A DNA stretch of 62,522 nucleotides, counting the filler, from Thermodesulfobacteriota bacterium (GTDB lineage: Bacteria; DASVDK01), in assembly GCA_036381125.1 (NCBI GenBank). It is 6 parts of 6 records of this genome, joined end to end, with 100 filler letters (N's around TTAATTAATTAA, not from the genome) between each part and the next. Parts side by side here need not be neighbours in the genome. Positions count along the whole stretch, not along the records: positions 1 to 14,124 come from DASVDK010000276.1; positions 14,225 to 38,115 come from DASVDK010000278.1; 4 more parts are not named here. One strand, 5' to 3'. Below the pieces are notes generated by a model. That model saw only the letters and a program-made list of their open reading frames with translations, made no database searches and had not been told where the DNA came from. Positions 8,963-19,203 of this stretch are shown in pieces; positions within the stretch are counted from its first letter, which is position 1, and the number at the start of each line of letters is the position of its first letter. A program made the translations under genes and the position numbers.

Positions 8963-9403
8963 ATGGCCCATCAGCGCGCCGCCATCCGGGCGGCCGTGAT
9001 GGCGGCCCTGAACGGCAAGACGACGGCCGAGGGCCGCGTGTACGAGCACGCGCTCGACCCGCTGCCGAGCGAGGCGCGACCGGCCCTCGTGGTGCGGACG
9101 GGCGACGAGACAGCGGAGCCGCTGGCGATGGGCCGCGACCTGCGGACCATCCCGCTCGCGATCGAAGCCCACGCGCGCGGCAAGACACCGGCCGCGCTCG
9201 AGGCCGCGCTCGACGCGCTGGCCGAGGAGGTCGAGACCGCGATGGACGCGCTCGGCCCCACGTTCGACGGGCTCGTCCTGGGCGTCCAGTACCAGGGCAC
9301 GTCGATCACGCGGAGCGCCGAGGGCGAGCAGGGCGCCGACGGGGTCGCGACGCTCGGCTACGAGGTGCAGTACGAGGCCCGGGCCTTCGGCGTCCCGGCG
9401 TAA
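8963..9403 (+). CDS. Tail terminator / completion protein (gpU-like)
   Basis: 'HQRAAIRAAV.AAL...RVY...P..PAL.V...LDALAEEVETAM'; synteny. Confidence 0.7.
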   Translation: MAHQRAAIRAAVMAALNGKTTAEGRVYEHALDPLPSEARPALVVRTGDETAEPLAMGRDLRTIPLAIEAHARGKTPAALEAALDALAEEVETAMDALGPTFDGLVLGVQYQGTSITRSAEGEQGADGVATLGYEVQYEARAFGVPA

Positions 9404-9415
9404 GGAGCCGACACG

Positions 9416-10132
9416 ATGGCGATTCGTGCGACTGGTCAGCGGATCCTCGTCGAGCAGTACGAGATCTCCCGATGGGTCCGGACCCAGCGGTTCACGGAGT
9501 CGATCGCCGAGCACGACGTGACGGGGATGAACCAGCTCGCGCGCGAGTTCGTGCCGGGTTTCCCGGATGCGGGCGGCGAGCTGAGCGGCCACCTGGACCA
9601 CGCCATCAACGCCAGCGGCTCGACCCTCAAGGGGATGCTCGGGACGCCGGATCGCATCTGGACGGTCGCGTACGATACCTTCGCGCCCGGGAAGGACGTG
9701 GACATGGCGCTCGCGGCCCTCACGGCGTTCCGGCCGTCATGGAGCGTCCAGGCGCCGGCCGGCCTCGCCGGGTCGCTCATCGTCAACGGCGCCATCGCGG
9801 GCGGGCGAAGCCTCCAGGACCTGCAGGCGCTCGGCGCCGGCAACGGCGCGTGGGTCGACTGGGGGGCGTCGTCGACGAACGGCGCCGTCCTGCATCTGCA
9901 CGTCCTCGCCATCACCGGCAGCCCGAGCGGCCTCGACTACGTCCTCGAAGACTCGGACGACGGCGTGAACGGCTCGCCCGTCACCGCCGGCGCCTTCGCG
10001 ACCGTCACGGCGCCCGGCGCGCAGCGGCTCATCGTGCCAGGCACGATCCGCCGCTACACGCGGATCGTCCGGAGTTTCACCGGCGGGTCCACGCCGACCG
10101 CGACGGCCGCCATCGCGATGGCGCGTCGATAG
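9416..10132 (+). CDS. Tail tube-like protein with C-terminal beta-rich extension
   Basis: N-terminal half resembles the next gene (E.hDxT...PG...G..D); position after the terminator. Confidence 0.55.
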   Translation: MAIRATGQRILVEQYEISRWVRTQRFTESIAEHDVTGMNQLAREFVPGFPDAGGELSGHLDHAINASGSTLKGMLGTPDRIWTVAYDTFAPGKDVDMALAALTAFRPSWSVQAPAGLAGSLIVNGAIAGGRSLQDLQALGAGNGAWVDWGASSTNGAVLHLHVLAITGSPSGLDYVLEDSDDGVNGSPVTAGAFATVTAPGAQRLIVPGTIRRYTRIVRSFTGGSTPTATAAIAMARR

Positions 10133-10141
10133 GGGGATCGG

Positions 10142-10573
10142 ATGGCGAAGTACTTTCCTGGACCGCTCCTCGCGGTCGTCCTCGACGACGACAGCGGCAC
10201 GCCCGTCGACGTCTCGCGGTACGTCCGCTCGGTCGACCTGCCCGAGGAGGTCGAGCAGCTCGACGCGACCGCCTTCCAGGCGACGGGCCTCGAGCGCCAG
10301 CCCGGCTTCTCGTCCGGACAGATCGTGCTCGGCGGCAACTGGGATCCCGTCCTCTTCCGCCTCCTCCACGGCATCAAGCGGAAGCAGGCAGCGGATCCCG
10401 GTTTCACCGTGACGTACGCGGTCGGGCCCGAGGGGACGACGCCCGGGAAGGTCAAGTACACGGGCGAGTGCATCCTGAGCCAGTTCGACCGCGGCGGCGA
10501 CGTCGGTGCCACGACCGACATCAGCGCGACCTTCCGGATCACCGGCGACAACACCGAGACGACCTGGTCGTAA
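10142..10573 (+). CDS. Phage tail tube (major tail) protein
   Basis: 'DVSRYVRSVDL...EQLDATAF...KYTGECIL...SATFRITG'; directly upstream of the tail chaperones. Confidence 0.75.
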   Translation: MAKYFPGPLLAVVLDDDSGTPVDVSRYVRSVDLPEEVEQLDATAFQATGLERQPGFSSGQIVLGGNWDPVLFRLLHGIKRKQAADPGFTVTYAVGPEGTTPGKVKYTGECILSQFDRGGDVGATTDISATFRITGDNTETTWS

Positions 10574-10583
10574 CGAGGAGGTC

Positions 10584-11012
10584 ATGCCCCTTCCGACTCG
10601 CGAACAGCTCTACGCGCTCGGCCCGCGCATCACGACCATCACGATCCCAGAGTGGACGGGCCCGGACGGTCAGCCCGTCGAGATGCGCGTCAAGGCGGCG
10701 CCGCCGGGCCTCAAGGTCCGGATGCGCGCCTTCGGCGTCATGTGCGCGCTCGGCAAGACCGAGAACCTCGAGGCGTTCGAGGATCTCTACGTCGACGTCG
10801 CGATCGCGTGCTGCGTCACGCACGACGGTTCGCCGTTCTTCATCGAGGAGAACCGCGCCTGGCTCCGTGCTGCGGATGGCGCGGCGCTCGAACGGATCTT
10901 CGACGCGGCCGGCGCCATCGCGATGACGGATGCGGCGGCGGTGGAGGCCGCCAAGCAGGATTTTTCCGGGACCCGGAGCTCGGCTACCTCTTCGCCCTCG
11001 CCGAGCGTCTAG
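10584..11012 (+). CDS. Tail assembly chaperone (gpG-like)
   Basis: RBS GAGGAGG; 'ITIPEW.G..V.MRVK'; lies between tail tube and tape measure genes. Confidence 0.8.
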   Translation: MPLPTREQLYALGPRITTITIPEWTGPDGQPVEMRVKAAPPGLKVRMRAFGVMCALGKTENLEAFEDLYVDVAIACCVTHDGSPFFIEENRAWLRAADGAALERIFDAAGAIAMTDAAAVEAAKQDFSGTRSSATSSPSPSV

Positions 11013-11143
11013 GGAAGACGGTCGGGGAGCTGACCGGGCGCCCCGGGCCTCTCGACGCCGAAGAGTTCCTCTACTGGATGGCCTTCGACGCCTGGCGCGA
11101 TGCCCGACGCGCTGAGGCCGAGGCGGAGCGGGAGCGGTGCTAG
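10958..11143 (+). CDS. gpT-like extension reached by programmed -1 frameshift (gpGT)
   Basis: G GAT TTT at 10958-10964; the -1 frame reads 'FRDPELGYLFALAERLGKTVGEL...EF.YWMAF' and stops adjacent to the tape measure start. Confidence 0.8.
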   Translation, partial: GFFRDPELGYLFALAERLGKTVGELTGRPGPLDAEEFLYWMAFDAWRDARRAEAEAERERC

Positions 11144-13885
11144 GTGGCGGACGAAGTCCTCAGAGCACGCTTCGAAGCCGATAACTCGGGCTTCATCCGC
11201 GCCGTCGCGCAGAACGAGCAGGCTGCGCGCCGCCTCGAAGCCGTGACGGGCGCGACGGCCCAGCAGGCCCGCAATCTTGAGAAGGCAACTGGCGGCGCGG
11301 CGACCCGCCTGCAGGCGGTGGCGCGTCAGGCCGCGAACGCCATTCCGTCGCTGACGGGCTTCGGTGGCAGCCTCTCCCAGATCGTCGGCATTGCGACGCG
11401 GTTCGGTCCGGCCGCGCTCCTCGCAGGCGGGCTCTTCGCCACCCTCCGGACCGGCGAGCCGGCGCTGCGGGAGACGGAGCGCGCCATGCGCTCGGTCGCC
11501 GTGAGCCTCTCTGGGATCGGGGTCAACTTCCGCGGTGTCGAGGAGCAGGTCGAGCAGACGATCGGACGGCTCGAGCGGCTGACCGGCGTCTCGGACGCGG
11601 AGCTCGCCCGCGCGTTCTCGCGCCTCGTGCAGATCACCGGCACGTACCGGACGAGTCTCGATGCGCTCGAAACGGTCGCTGATCTCGCCGCCGCGCGGCA
11701 GATGAGCCTCCGCGAGGCGGCCGAAGTCGTCGGCCGCGCGCTGAACGGTCAGGCCGGGAGCCTCCGACAGTATGCGATCACGGTCCGCGAGGGCGCGAGC
11801 CAGGCGGAAGTCCTGGCGGCCATCCAGAAGCAGGTCGGCGGGCAGGCGCGGGTGAATGTCGAGGCGGCCGACCGACTCACGATCGCGTGGGAAAACTTCG
11901 CAAAGTCCATCGCGTCGAAGGTCAAACCGGCGTGGGATGCGCTCCGCGAGGCGATGGCGGCCGTCCTCGAGTCCGTGACCGAAACGCAGACCGGCGTCGA
12001 GGAGGCGATGCAAGCCGCCGAGGCGGCGGTCGCGGCGCAGCTGGCCGGTCAGGCGGCCGGTATCCGTGATCCGGCTGGCGCCCAGCGGTTCGCCGAACAG
12101 TTGCGGCACGCGCGCGCCGCGGCCCGTGCGGAAGCCGCCGAGCTCTTCCGCGAGGGCCGGCGTGGCGTTGTGACTGGCGAGATCCAGGCCGCCGTCGCCG
12201 CCGACACACAGGGCGCCAGGCGCGCCGCACAGATCTTCGCCGACATGGAAGCGGCGATGGCGCGCGCGGCCCGGCAGGCGAGCTTCCTTGGGACCTCGGC
12301 CCGGGACGTGACGCAGCTCCGCCTGCAGGGCGAGATCGAGGCGGTCGAGTCGGCGCTCAAGCAGTTCGCCGAGCAGGGTGTCGCGCGCATGAACCCGCTC
12401 GTCGTCGAGGCGACGGAGCGGCTCAAGGACCTCCGGGCGGCGCTCGAAGCCGTCAAGCGCGAGGCGAAGGACATCCAGTCCATCGAGCCGCGGTTCGACC
12501 AGTTCGTGACCGAACGGACGTTCGAGACGCGCGCGCTCGTCGAGCGGCGCGCGGCCGGTCAGGCCATGATCGACGCCGTCTTCGCCGAGATGGCCGAGCA
12601 GCAGCTCGAGCTCGACGAGCAGGGCGCGCGCGCCTGGGCCGACCTGATGGACCGGAAGGCACAGGAGGCCGAACGCGCGGCCGAGCGGATCACGCGCGCG
12701 AACGAGCGCGCGGCGACGCAGACCCAGCGCGAGTGGGAGCGGACCGGCGACCGTGTCCTCGACGTCTTCGAGACGATCGCGCGTGGCGGCTCGCCGGGCG
12801 AGGCGCTGCGTGGCGCCGGCTTCTCGTTCGCGAGCGAGCTCCTGCGCGAGCAGGTCCGGGCCGTGCTCGCGCGTCGCGCAGGGGTCTCGGTCCCGACGGG
12901 CGGCGGCCTCAACCTCGGGAGCCTCCTCAACCTCGGCGGCCTCTTCGGCGGCGGCGGCGCGGTGCCGACGGCCCAGGCCGCGCTCCCGAACGCGGGGATC
13001 GAGTTGGGTGCCGGCCTCCAGGGCGCCGGCGGCGCGGCGGCGGGCGGCCTCGCGAGCCTCGGGCCGGCGCTGGCCGTGGCGGCGCCGCTCGTGATCGGCG
13101 GGGCCGCGATCGGGCTCTCGCGGTCTCGTCGCGCTCGGCGGCGCGCCCAGATCGAGGCGCTCCGGCAGGAGTTCGCCCCCTTCGCGCAGGCGGCGCGCGC
13201 GATCGCCGAGCAGGGACTCGTGACGCTGACGGGCGCCGCGGCCTCCGCCGTCGCGTTTATCGAGCACATCCGGAGCCTCGGCGACCGGGCCGGTGCCGAG
13301 AGCGCCAAGCAGTTCCTCGAGCGCTGGCGCCGCATTGCCGAGCCGCTCTCGCAGTCCGTGCAGGGCGGCCTCGCCGAGGGCATCCGGGCCTTCCTGAATC
13401 GTGAGGGCAACATGCTGCGGCGCCTCCGCGAGGGCGTGCGGAGCGCGATCGTCGACGCCTTCACGCAGGCGACGATCCAGGGCACGGTCGTGCGCGGCGC
13501 GTTCGGCGATCTCCTCGGCCGGCTCTCGGAGGGGCTCGCCCGCGGCCAGGACGTGACGGGTCTGATCCCGCAGATCGCCGCCATTCTCCCGGCCCTGGCG
13601 CAGCAGCTCGAGGCGGTCCTCGCGCCGCTCCGGACGGCGCTCGAGCGGGCGCTGCCGCGTGGCTCCTTCCAGACCGGGACGGCCTTCGTTCCCGAGACGG
13701 GGCCCTACATCCTCCACCGGGGCGAGGCTGTGATTCCGGCGGGTGCGCGGCCGGCCGGCGGGCCGGTCCATGTCCATGTCCACGTCGGCGAGACGGAGGT
13801 CGCGCAGGTGGTCTTCGACCGGCTCCTTGACCGCGTCGTGGAGGCGTTCCCGCTGCGGGCGCGCTTCCGGTACGGGATGGGGTAG
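11144..13885 (+). CDS. Tail tape measure protein (913 aa)
   Basis: Long Ala/Gly-rich helical protein after the chaperones; C-terminal 'FQTGT.FVP.TG...LHRGEAVIP'. Confidence 0.9.
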   Translation: MADEVLRARFEADNSGFIRAVAQNEQAARRLEAVTGATAQQARNLEKATGGAATRLQAVARQAANAIPSLTGFGGSLSQIVGIATRFGPAALLAGGLFATLRTGEPALRETERAMRSVAVSLSGIGVNFRGVEEQVEQTIGRLERLTGVSDAELARAFSRLVQITGTYRTSLDALETVADLAAARQMSLREAAEVVGRALNGQAGSLRQYAITVREGASQAEVLAAIQKQVGGQARVNVEAADRLTIAWENFAKSIASKVKPAWDALREAMAAVLESVTETQTGVEEAMQAAEAAVAAQLAGQAAGIRDPAGAQRFAEQLRHARAAARAEAAELFREGRRGVVTGEIQAAVAADTQGARRAAQIFADMEAAMARAARQASFLGTSARDVTQLRLQGEIEAVESALKQFAEQGVARMNPLVVEATERLKDLRAALEAVKREAKDIQSIEPRFDQFVTERTFETRALVERRAAGQAMIDAVFAEMAEQQLELDEQGARAWADLMDRKAQEAERAAERITRANERAATQTQREWERTGDRVLDVFETIARGGSPGEALRGAGFSFASELLREQVRAVLARRAGVSVPTGGGLNLGSLLNLGGLFGGGGAVPTAQAALPNAGIELGAGLQGAGGAAAGGLASLGPALAVAAPLVIGGAAIGLSRSRRARRRAQIEALRQEFAPFAQAARAIAEQGLVTLTGAAASAVAFIEHIRSLGDRAGAESAKQFLERWRRIAEPLSQSVQGGLAEGIRAFLNREGNMLRRLREGVRSAIVDAFTQATIQGTVVRGAFGDLLGRLSEGLARGQDVTGLIPQIAAILPALAQQLEAVLAPLRTALERALPRGSFQTGTAFVPETGPYILHRGEAVIPAGARPAGGPVHVHVHVGETEVAQVVFDRLLDRVVEAFPLRARFRYGMG

Positions 13886-13888
13886 GCG

Positions 13889-14124
13889 ATGCCCGACCTG
13901 ATCGATCGGACCACGAACACGGGCCTCAGCACGCTCGCCAGTGGCATCGACGCCTCGGCGGCGACCATGACGCTCGCGTCCGGAACCGGCTCGCGCTTCC
14001 CGTCCGGCGGCTTCAACGTCGTCATCTGGGACAACACGCCAACCGCCGGCTACGCGAACCCGATCGATGACCCGAATCGCGAGATCGTGCGGGTCACGAG
14101 CCGGACCGGCGACGTCTGCACGAT
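13889..14124 (+). CDS. Virion structural/tail protein, 3'-truncated by contig end
   Basis: 'TLASGIDASAATMTLASG.GSRFP...NREIVRVTSR.GD' is typical of tail-associated protein N-termini. Confidence 0.6.
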
Positions 14125-14224
14125 NNNNNNNNNNNNNNNNNNNNNNNNNNNNNNNNNNNNNNNNNNNNTTAATTAATTAANNNNNNNNNNNNNNNNNNNN
14201 NNNNNNNNNNNNNNNNNNNNNNNN
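14125..14224. other. Artificial contig linker
   Basis: 100 nt of N with TTAATTAATTAA (stops in six frames). Confidence 0.99.
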
Positions 14225-14226
14225 GG

Positions 14227-16950
14227 ATGCCCTTCTGGCACGGCGACCGCCCCGGCCGGCCGCGCGCCTTCGGCGAGGCGATCGGCGCGCTGGCCCGGGA
14301 GCTGGCCGGCGCGCCGCCGGCCGAGGCGACGCGGCGCCTCCGCGAGCGGCACGGCCTCGATTCCAGGGCCGCCGCCAACCTGCTCGCCTACCTGCGCGAG
14401 CAGCGCGAGGCCACCGGCGAGGTGCCGAGCGACCGGACGATCGTCGTCGAGCGGTTCGTCGACGAGATGGGCGACTGGCGCGTCTGCATCCTCTCCCCCT
14501 TCGGCGCCCGCGTCCACGCCCCCTGGGCCATGGCCGTCGGCGCGAGGCTCGGCGCCGGGCCGGAGCGCGACGTCGAGTCGATCTGGTCGGACGACGGCAT
14601 CGTCTTCCGCGTCCCCGAGGCGCCCGAGCCGCCCTCCGCGGAGCTGTTCCTGCCCGGCTCGTCCGAGGTCGAGGACCTCGTCGTGCGCGCGCTCGGCGGC
14701 ACGGCCCTCTTCGCGGCGCGCTTCCGGGAGGCGGCCGCGCGCGCCCTGCTCTTGCCGCGGCGGGCGCCGGGGCGTCGCTCGCCGCTCTGGATGCAGCGCA
14801 AGCGGGCGGCCGACCTCATGGCGGCCGCATCGCGGCACCCCGACTTCCCGATCGTTCTCGAGACCTACCGGGAGTGCCTGCGGGACGCCTTCGACCTGCC
14901 CGGCCTGGTCGACATCCTGAAGGGCATCGAGACGCGCCGCATCCGGGTCGTGACGGTCGACTCGCGCGTCCCCTCCCCGTTCGCCGCCTCGCTGCAGTTC
15001 GCGTTCATGGCGAGCTTCCTCTACGACGGCGACGCGCCGCTGGCCGAGCGGCGGGCGCAGGCGCTTCGCGTCGACCAGAGCCGCCTCAGGGAGCTGCTCG
15101 GCGAGGCGGAGCTGCGCGAGCTGCTCGACGCCGACGCCGTCGCCGCGCACGAGCGAAGCCTGCAGCGCCTCGACGGCGCCTACCCGGTGCGGCACGCCGA
15201 CGGCGTGCACGACCTGCTCCTCGCGCTGGGCGACCTCACCGCCGAGGAGGTGGCCGCGCGGGCCTCGGCGGGCGCGCCGGTGGCCGAGTGGCTCGCCGCC
15301 CTCGAGAGCGCCCGCCGCGTGGCGCTCGTGCGGATCGGCGCGGCGCGCCGCTACGTGGCGGTCGAGGACGTCGGCCGCTACCGCGACGCCGTCGGCGTGG
15401 TGCCGCCGAGAGGGCTTCCCGAGGCGCTCCTTACGCCGGTGGCCGACCCGCTCGGCGACCTCTTGGCGCGCTACGCACGGACGCACGGGCCCTTCACCGC
15501 CGACGCCGTCGCGTCCCGGCTCGGGCTCGGCACGGCCGCGGTGCGCGAGACGCTGGCGCGGCTCGAGCGGGAGGGGCGCGTCGTCGAGGGGGAGTTCCTG
15601 CCGCACGGCGCCGGCCGCGAGTGGGTCGACGTCGAGGTGCTGCGCGCGCTCCGCCGCAAGTCGCTCGCGCGGCTCAGGCGCGAGGTCGAGCCGGTCGAGC
15701 CGGAGGCCCTCGGCCGCTTCCTCCCCGACTGGCAGGGCCTCCTCGAGCCGCGCGAGGGCCCCGACGCCCTCCTCGCGGCGATCGAGCGGCTCGAGGGCGC
15801 GCCGATCCCCGCCTCGGTGCTCGAGACGGAGGTGCTGCCGGCGCGCGTGGCCGACTACCGGCCCGGCGACCTCGACCTCCTCTGCGCGTCGGGGGAGGTG
15901 GTCTGGGCCGGTGTCGAGCCGCTCGGCCCGCGCGACGGCCGCGTCGCGCTCTACCTCGCCGAGCACGAGCCGCTTCTCGCCCGCCCGCCCGCGCCGGTCG
16001 GCGGCGACCTCCACGCGCGCATCCGCGAGCGCCTCGAGCGGCGCGGCGCGCTCTTCTTCGCCGACCTCGCCCGCGAGGTGGGCGGCTTCCCGGCGCAGGT
16101 GCTCGAGGCGCTCTGGGACCTGGTCTGGTCGGGGGAGGTGACCAACGACACCCTGGTGCCGCTTCGCAGCTACCTCCGCGGTCGGCCGGCCCGCGGCCGC
16201 GGCCCTTCGCGCGCGGCCGCCCGCCTGCGCCGCGCCGGCCCGCCCGGCAGCGAGGGGCGGTGGTCGCTCCGCGCGGCCAGGTGGGGCCAGGCGCCGGCCG
16301 AGACCGACCGCCGCCACGCGCTCGCCCGCGCGCTCCTCGAGCGATACGGCGTCGTCACGCGGGAGGCGGTGGCGGCGGAGGGGATCGCAGGCGGCTTCTC
16401 GGCGGTCTACGAGGTCCTCAAGGCGATGGAGGAGGCCGGCCGCGTGCGGCGCGGCTACTTCGTGGCGGGCTGCGGCGCGGCGCAGTTCGCCCTGCCGGGC
16501 GCCGACGACCGCCTCCGCGCGCGGAGGCGGCCGGGCGAGACGCCCGAGACCGTGGTCCTCGCCGCCACCGATCCGGCCAACCCGTACGGAGCGGCGCTGC
16601 CGTGGCCCGAGACGCCGGGCGGCCGCCCCCAGCGCGCGGCCGGCGCCGTCGTCGTCCTGGTGGACGGCGCGCTGGTCGGCTACCTCGGTCGCACGGAGCA
16701 GAACCTCGTCACCGTCCTGCCGCCGGGCGAGCCCGAGCGGACCGCCGCCGCGCGGGGGCTCGCCGCGGCCCTGGCCGACCTCGTCGAGCGAGGCCGGCGC
16801 CGCGCCCTCCTCATCGCGCGGATCGACGGCGTCGAGGCGGCCCTGCACCCCTACGGCGCCTGGCTCGCCGAGGCCGGCTTCGTCAGCGGCGCCCACGGCT
16901 ACGTGCGCCGCCGTGCGGCCGCGGCCGACCTGTCGGTGGAGCCGGTCTGA
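14227..16950 (+). CDS. lhr: Lhr-family ATP-dependent helicase, C-terminal part (5'-truncated)
   Basis: 'PFWHGD.PGRP', 'VPSDRTIVVERF.DEMGDWR', 'PSPFAASL.F', 'VTNDT', 'LLERYGVVTRE', 'RRGYFV.G.G.AQFA', 'DPANPYG'. Confidence 0.92.
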   Translation: MPFWHGDRPGRPRAFGEAIGALARELAGAPPAEATRRLRERHGLDSRAAANLLAYLREQREATGEVPSDRTIVVERFVDEMGDWRVCILSPFGARVHAPWAMAVGARLGAGPERDVESIWSDDGIVFRVPEAPEPPSAELFLPGSSEVEDLVVRALGGTALFAARFREAAARALLLPRRAPGRRSPLWMQRKRAADLMAAASRHPDFPIVLETYRECLRDAFDLPGLVDILKGIETRRIRVVTVDSRVPSPFAASLQFAFMASFLYDGDAPLAERRAQALRVDQSRLRELLGEAELRELLDADAVAAHERSLQRLDGAYPVRHADGVHDLLLALGDLTAEEVAARASAGAPVAEWLAALESARRVALVRIGAARRYVAVEDVGRYRDAVGVVPPRGLPEALLTPVADPLGDLLARYARTHGPFTADAVASRLGLGTAAVRETLARLEREGRVVEGEFLPHGAGREWVDVEVLRALRRKSLARLRREVEPVEPEALGRFLPDWQGLLEPREGPDALLAAIERLEGAPIPASVLETEVLPARVADYRPGDLDLLCASGEVVWAGVEPLGPRDGRVALYLAEHEPLLARPPAPVGGDLHARIRERLERRGALFFADLAREVGGFPAQVLEALWDLVWSGEVTNDTLVPLRSYLRGRPARGRGPSRAAARLRRAGPPGSEGRWSLRAARWGQAPAETDRRHALARALLERYGVVTREAVAAEGIAGGFSAVYEVLKAMEEAGRVRRGYFVAGCGAAQFALPGADDRLRARRRPGETPETVVLAATDPANPYGAALPWPETPGGRPQRAAGAVVVLVDGALVGYLGRTEQNLVTVLPPGEPERTAAARGLAAALADLVERGRRRALLIARIDGVEAALHPYGAWLAEAGFVSGAHGYVRRRAAAADLSVEPV

Positions 16951-16984
16951 CTCCCGGCGCTCCGCGCTTCGCTACACTTTCCCC

Positions 16985-17824
16985 GTGCCCGAAGGGGACA
17001 CGATCTTCAGGACCGCCGAGGTCCTCCGCGCCGCCCTCGCCGGCAAGACCGTCGCGGCCGTGCGCTCCCCGCTGCCGCACCTCGCCGGCGCCGGCCTTGC
17101 CGGCCGCCGCGTGACCGCCGTCGAGCCGCGCGGCAAGCACCTGCTCGTCCGCTTCGACGACGGTCGCGTCCTCCACAGCCACATGCGCATGACCGGCTCG
17201 TGGCACGTCTACCGGCCGGGCGAGCCGTGGCGCAAGCCGGCCGCACGCGCTCGCGTCGTGCTCGAGACGGCCGGCGGCGCGGACGCCGAGCCGCTCGTCG
17301 CCGTCTGCTTCGACGCCCCCGTGGTGGAGCTGCTCTCGGCGGCCGGCGCCCGGCGGCACCGGGCGCTCGCGAGCCTCGGGGAGGACCTCCTCGCCGACGA
17401 CTTCGACCCCGAGGCCGCGCGGCGGGCGCTCCGGCACCTGGGCGAGCTGCCGGTCGGCGAAGCCGTCATGGTGCAGCAGGCGATTGCCGGCGTGGGGAAC
17501 ATCTACAAGTCCGAGACGCTCTTCCTCTGCCGCGTCGACCCCTTCGCGCCGGTCGGCAGCCTTTCCGACGAGGACCTCGACCGGATCATCGCGAAGGCGC
17601 GGTCGCTCCTCGTGGCCAACCGCCGCGGATACCCCCGCCGGACCGTGCCGCGCGGCAGGGGGCCCGGGCGCCTCTGGGTCTACGGGCGCAGCGGCGAGCC
17701 GTGCGCGATCTGCGGCACGGCCATCCGGATGCGCCGGCAGGGCGCCGCCGGCCGATCGACCTACTGGTGCCCTGCCTGCCAGCCGCCGGCGGTGCCAACC
17801 GGGGAGCGCCGCGCTACAACCTGA
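16985..17824 (+). CDS. nei: Fpg/Nei family DNA glycosylase (endonuclease VIII-like)
   Basis: N-terminal PEGD, 'RGKHLL', 'HMRMTGSW', H2TH 'AGVGNIYKSE', C4 zinc finger. Confidence 0.92.
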   Translation: MPEGDTIFRTAEVLRAALAGKTVAAVRSPLPHLAGAGLAGRRVTAVEPRGKHLLVRFDDGRVLHSHMRMTGSWHVYRPGEPWRKPAARARVVLETAGGADAEPLVAVCFDAPVVELLSAAGARRHRALASLGEDLLADDFDPEAARRALRHLGELPVGEAVMVQQAIAGVGNIYKSETLFLCRVDPFAPVGSLSDEDLDRIIAKARSLLVANRRGYPRRTVPRGRGPGRLWVYGRSGEPCAICGTAIRMRRQGAAGRSTYWCPACQPPAVPTGERRATT

Positions 17825-17827
17825 GCC

Positions 17828-18532
17828 GTGACGGACGGACGCAGGAAGGCCGTCGTGCTCCTGTCCGGCGGCCTCGACTCGACCACGACCCTCGCCATCG
17901 CCAGGGCCCGCGGCTTCGCGCCGTACGCCCTCACGTTTCGCTACGGCCAGCGGCACGCCGTCGAGATCGAGGCCGCGCGCCGCGTGGCCGAGCGGCTCGG
18001 TGCGGTCGAGCACGTCGTGATCGACATCGACCTGCGCCGCTTCGGCGGCTCGGCGCTGACCGCCGACATCGACATCCCCAGGGACCGCTCGCCGGAGGAC
18101 ATGGCCCACGGCATCCCGGTCACCTACGTGCCGGCGCGCAACACGATCTTCCTCTCGTTCGCCCTCGCCTGGGCGGAGGTGCTCGGCGCGGAGGACGTCT
18201 TCATCGGCGTGAATGCTCTCGATTACAGCGGGTATCCCGACTGCCGCCCCGAGTACGTCGAAGCGTTCCAGCGCATGGCGAACCTCGCCACGAAGGCGGG
18301 CGCCGAGGGGCGGCAGCGGCTCACGATCCACGCGCCGCTGATCCGCATGACCAAGGCCGAGATCGTGAAGACCGGCCTCGAGCTGGGCGTGGACTACGCA
18401 CTCACGACCTCGTGCTACGACCCGGCCCCCGACGGCGCGCCGTGCGGCCGGTGCGACGCCTGCCGGCTGCGGCTCAAGGGCTTCGCCGAGGCCGGCGTGG
18501 CCGATCCCCTGCGCTACCGGAGCGGGTCGTGA
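17828..18532 (+). CDS. queC: 7-cyano-7-deazaguanine synthase
   Basis: 'LSGGLDS', 'YGQRH', 'TYVPARN', 'DYSGYPDCR', 'CGRCDAC'. Confidence 0.97.
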   Translation: MTDGRRKAVVLLSGGLDSTTTLAIARARGFAPYALTFRYGQRHAVEIEAARRVAERLGAVEHVVIDIDLRRFGGSALTADIDIPRDRSPEDMAHGIPVTYVPARNTIFLSFALAWAEVLGAEDVFIGVNALDYSGYPDCRPEYVEAFQRMANLATKAGAEGRQRLTIHAPLIRMTKAEIVKTGLELGVDYALTTSCYDPAPDGAPCGRCDACRLRLKGFAEAGVADPLRYRSGS

Positions 18533-19203
18533 CGTACGCGGTCAAGGAGATCTTCTACACCCTCCAGGGCGAGGGGGCGCAGACCGGACGGCCCGCGGTC
18601 TTCTGCCGCTTCGCCGGCTGCAACCTCTGGTCGGGGCGCGAGGCGGATCGCTCGACCGCCGCCTGCACCTTCTGCGACACCGACTTCGTCGGCACCGACG
18701 GACCGGGCGGGGGGAAGTTCGCCACGCCCGAGGCGCTCGCCGCGGCCGTGGCGGCCGCCTGGCCGGGCGGCGCCGATGCCGCGAGGGGTGCCGCGCGGCA
18801 CGCCGCCGGCGCTCGCCCGCGCCCCTTCGTCGTCTTGACCGGCGGCGAGCCGCTCCTCCAGCTCGACGCGCCGCTCGTCGACGCCCTTCACGCCGCCGGC
18901 TTCGAGGTGGCCGTGGAGACCAACGGCACGCAGCCCGCCCCGCCCGGGCTCGACTGGATCTGCGTGAGCCCCAAGTCGACCGCCGAGCTGGTCCTCGCGG
19001 CCGGCGACGAGCTGAAGCTCGTCTTCCCGCAGCGCGACGCGCCGCCCGAGCGCTTCGAGCGGCTCGCCTTCCGGCACTTCTTCCTGCAGCCCATGGACGG
19101 CCCGGACCGCGACCGGAACACCGCCGCCGCCGTGCGCTACTGCCTCGAGCACCCGCAGTGGCGCCTCTCGCTCCAGACCCACAAGCTGCTCGGGATCCCC
19201 TGA
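18529..19203 (+). CDS. queE: 7-carboxy-7-deazaguanine synthase (radical SAM, CX14CX2C type)
   Basis: '[10 protein letters not shown]', 'RFAGCNLW...CTFCDTDF', 'TGGEPLLQ', 'ETNGT', 'LSLQTHK'; GTGA overlap with queC. Confidence 0.95.
   Translation: MTYAVKEIFYTLQGEGAQTGRPAVFCRFAGCNLWSGREADRSTAACTFCDTDFVGTDGPGGGKFATPEALAAAVAAAWPGGADAARGAARHAAGARPRPFVVLTGGEPLLQLDAPLVDALHAAGFEVAVETNGTQPAPPGLDWICVSPKSTAELVLAAGDELKLVFPQRDAPPERFERLAFRHFFLQPMDGPDRDRNTAAAVRYCLEHPQWRLSLQTHKLLGIP

Noticed and set aside
5717-10926. Very long alternative ORFs (1294 aa minus, 1165 aa plus) and similar ones elsewhere such as 50294-53482
   Set aside because: Shadow frames of real genes in high-GC DNA; Arg/Gly/Pro-rich with no motifs
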